A stretch of DNA of 51,850 nt, counting the filler, from Bipalium vagum (Eukaryota): NCBI GenBank assembly GCA_037834085.1. It is 3 parts of 3 records of this genome, joined end to end, with 100 filler letters (N's around TTAATTAATTAA, not from the genome) between each part and the next. Parts side by side here need not be neighbours in the genome. Positions count along the whole stretch, not along the records: positions 36,314 to 51,850 come from JBBMKC010160949.1; 2 more parts are not named here. The stretch is one strand, 5' to 3'. Shown here one piece after another: positions 50,936 to 51,850 of the stretch. Positions within the stretch are counted from its first letter, which is position 1, and every line of letters starts with the position of its first letter. The notes under the pieces are model-generated. The model did no database searches. It was not told the DNA's origin and was given only the letters and a program-made list of their open reading frames with translations. Position numbers and translations under genes: made by a program.

Positions 50936-51850
50936 AATCTATTCAAACAACTTTAGAATATTTAAAAAAATATAGATTAACAATTTTACAAATTATATTT
51001 TCATAATGTTTAACCTATTGTAATTTTAATTTAACTTATTCTAAGAATTTACATTCTTCAACTATTTAATTTCGTAGTACTTGATTGTTTTAAAATAATA
51101 TACGAAAGTATAATTTGTAGTACATTTAATTTACTAAATAAACTGTTATTTGTTAGATTTTAAAACAAACAATAAATAAAGATTTATTTATATAAAATAA
51201 ATAAATAAAATTTATAAACAATAAAAATTATAGAAACTTATAAATATAATTAAAATAATAAAAATATAATAATAATAAAATTAAAAAAATATAATAGAAA
51301 AATAATATTATACTTATAAAATTTATGAACAATAAGTAAATAAATATTTTTTTTGAAAAAATTATATAAATTCTTTTGAATGTAAAGATTAGTAAAACAG
51401 GTTTTTCATAAATGAATTAAAGAATAATATATAAAAGCATAAAATTAGTATCATTTATTAAAGCGATATTTGATGAAAGTAATGTTAATTAAAATAAATA
51501 CAAATTTACCAGAATAATTTTGTCGAAAAGTTAATATTGATTAAAGAAAAGTAAAGCAGCAAGCTTTCCAATCCGGAGTCATTAATATTATTATCAAATT
51601 TCAGAGCCTAAAAAAATATAAAACAAAATAAAAAAATAATGAAATTATAATTTACAATTGTATTTTTAATACTTTCAAGTAGTTAAAGCTGTTATTCGTG
51701 TGTGGTATTGGGATTTCAAATATGAAAAAATTTAAATATACACAGCTGGACAAAAAATGAGGCTTACACAAAAATAAAAAATATAAAACTGTTTAAATAA
51801 AATTAATGAAATTAAAATTAAAAAAAGGAAATTAAAAAATGAAAAATGAA

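Noticed and set aside
50940-51850. Additional upstream PI3K-C2 exons
   Set aside because: No helical-domain-like reading frame with a phase-2 donor found; the sequence is AT-rich and intron-like.

Overview
Very AT-rich animal genomic DNA with about 42-60 nt minimal introns and dense, decayed transposon debris. This profile is compatible with a triclad flatworm, but that is inference only. Two conserved host genes can be spliced by eye on the minus strand. One is the 5' half of a COE (Collier/Olf/EBF) transcription factor (162-1646, running off the window start). The other is the 3' part of a class II PI3-kinase (38642-49690; helical-domain end, kinase, PX, C2), which has an unusual DFG->DFA change and a stop-free GC-AG intron. 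A third gene is represented by an intact 2.3 kb exon (22150-24463) encoding an unrecognised K/S/T-rich protein. Between about 26.6 and 32 kb, mostly invisible to the ORF track, lies a fossil Polinton/Maverick-type virus-like element: a degenerate protein-primed PolB N-terminal half on +, a degenerate RVE integrase on -, and a Ty3/gypsy pol fragment between them. The rest is mariner/Tc1, pogo/Tigger and Merlin remnants, MITE-like derivatives and an intronic tRNA-Ala-like pseudogene. Two N44-TTAATTAATTAA-N44 spacers are artificial contig joins, so linkage across 18.7 kb and 36.3 kb is unproven. I found no CRISPR array or prokaryote-type system.
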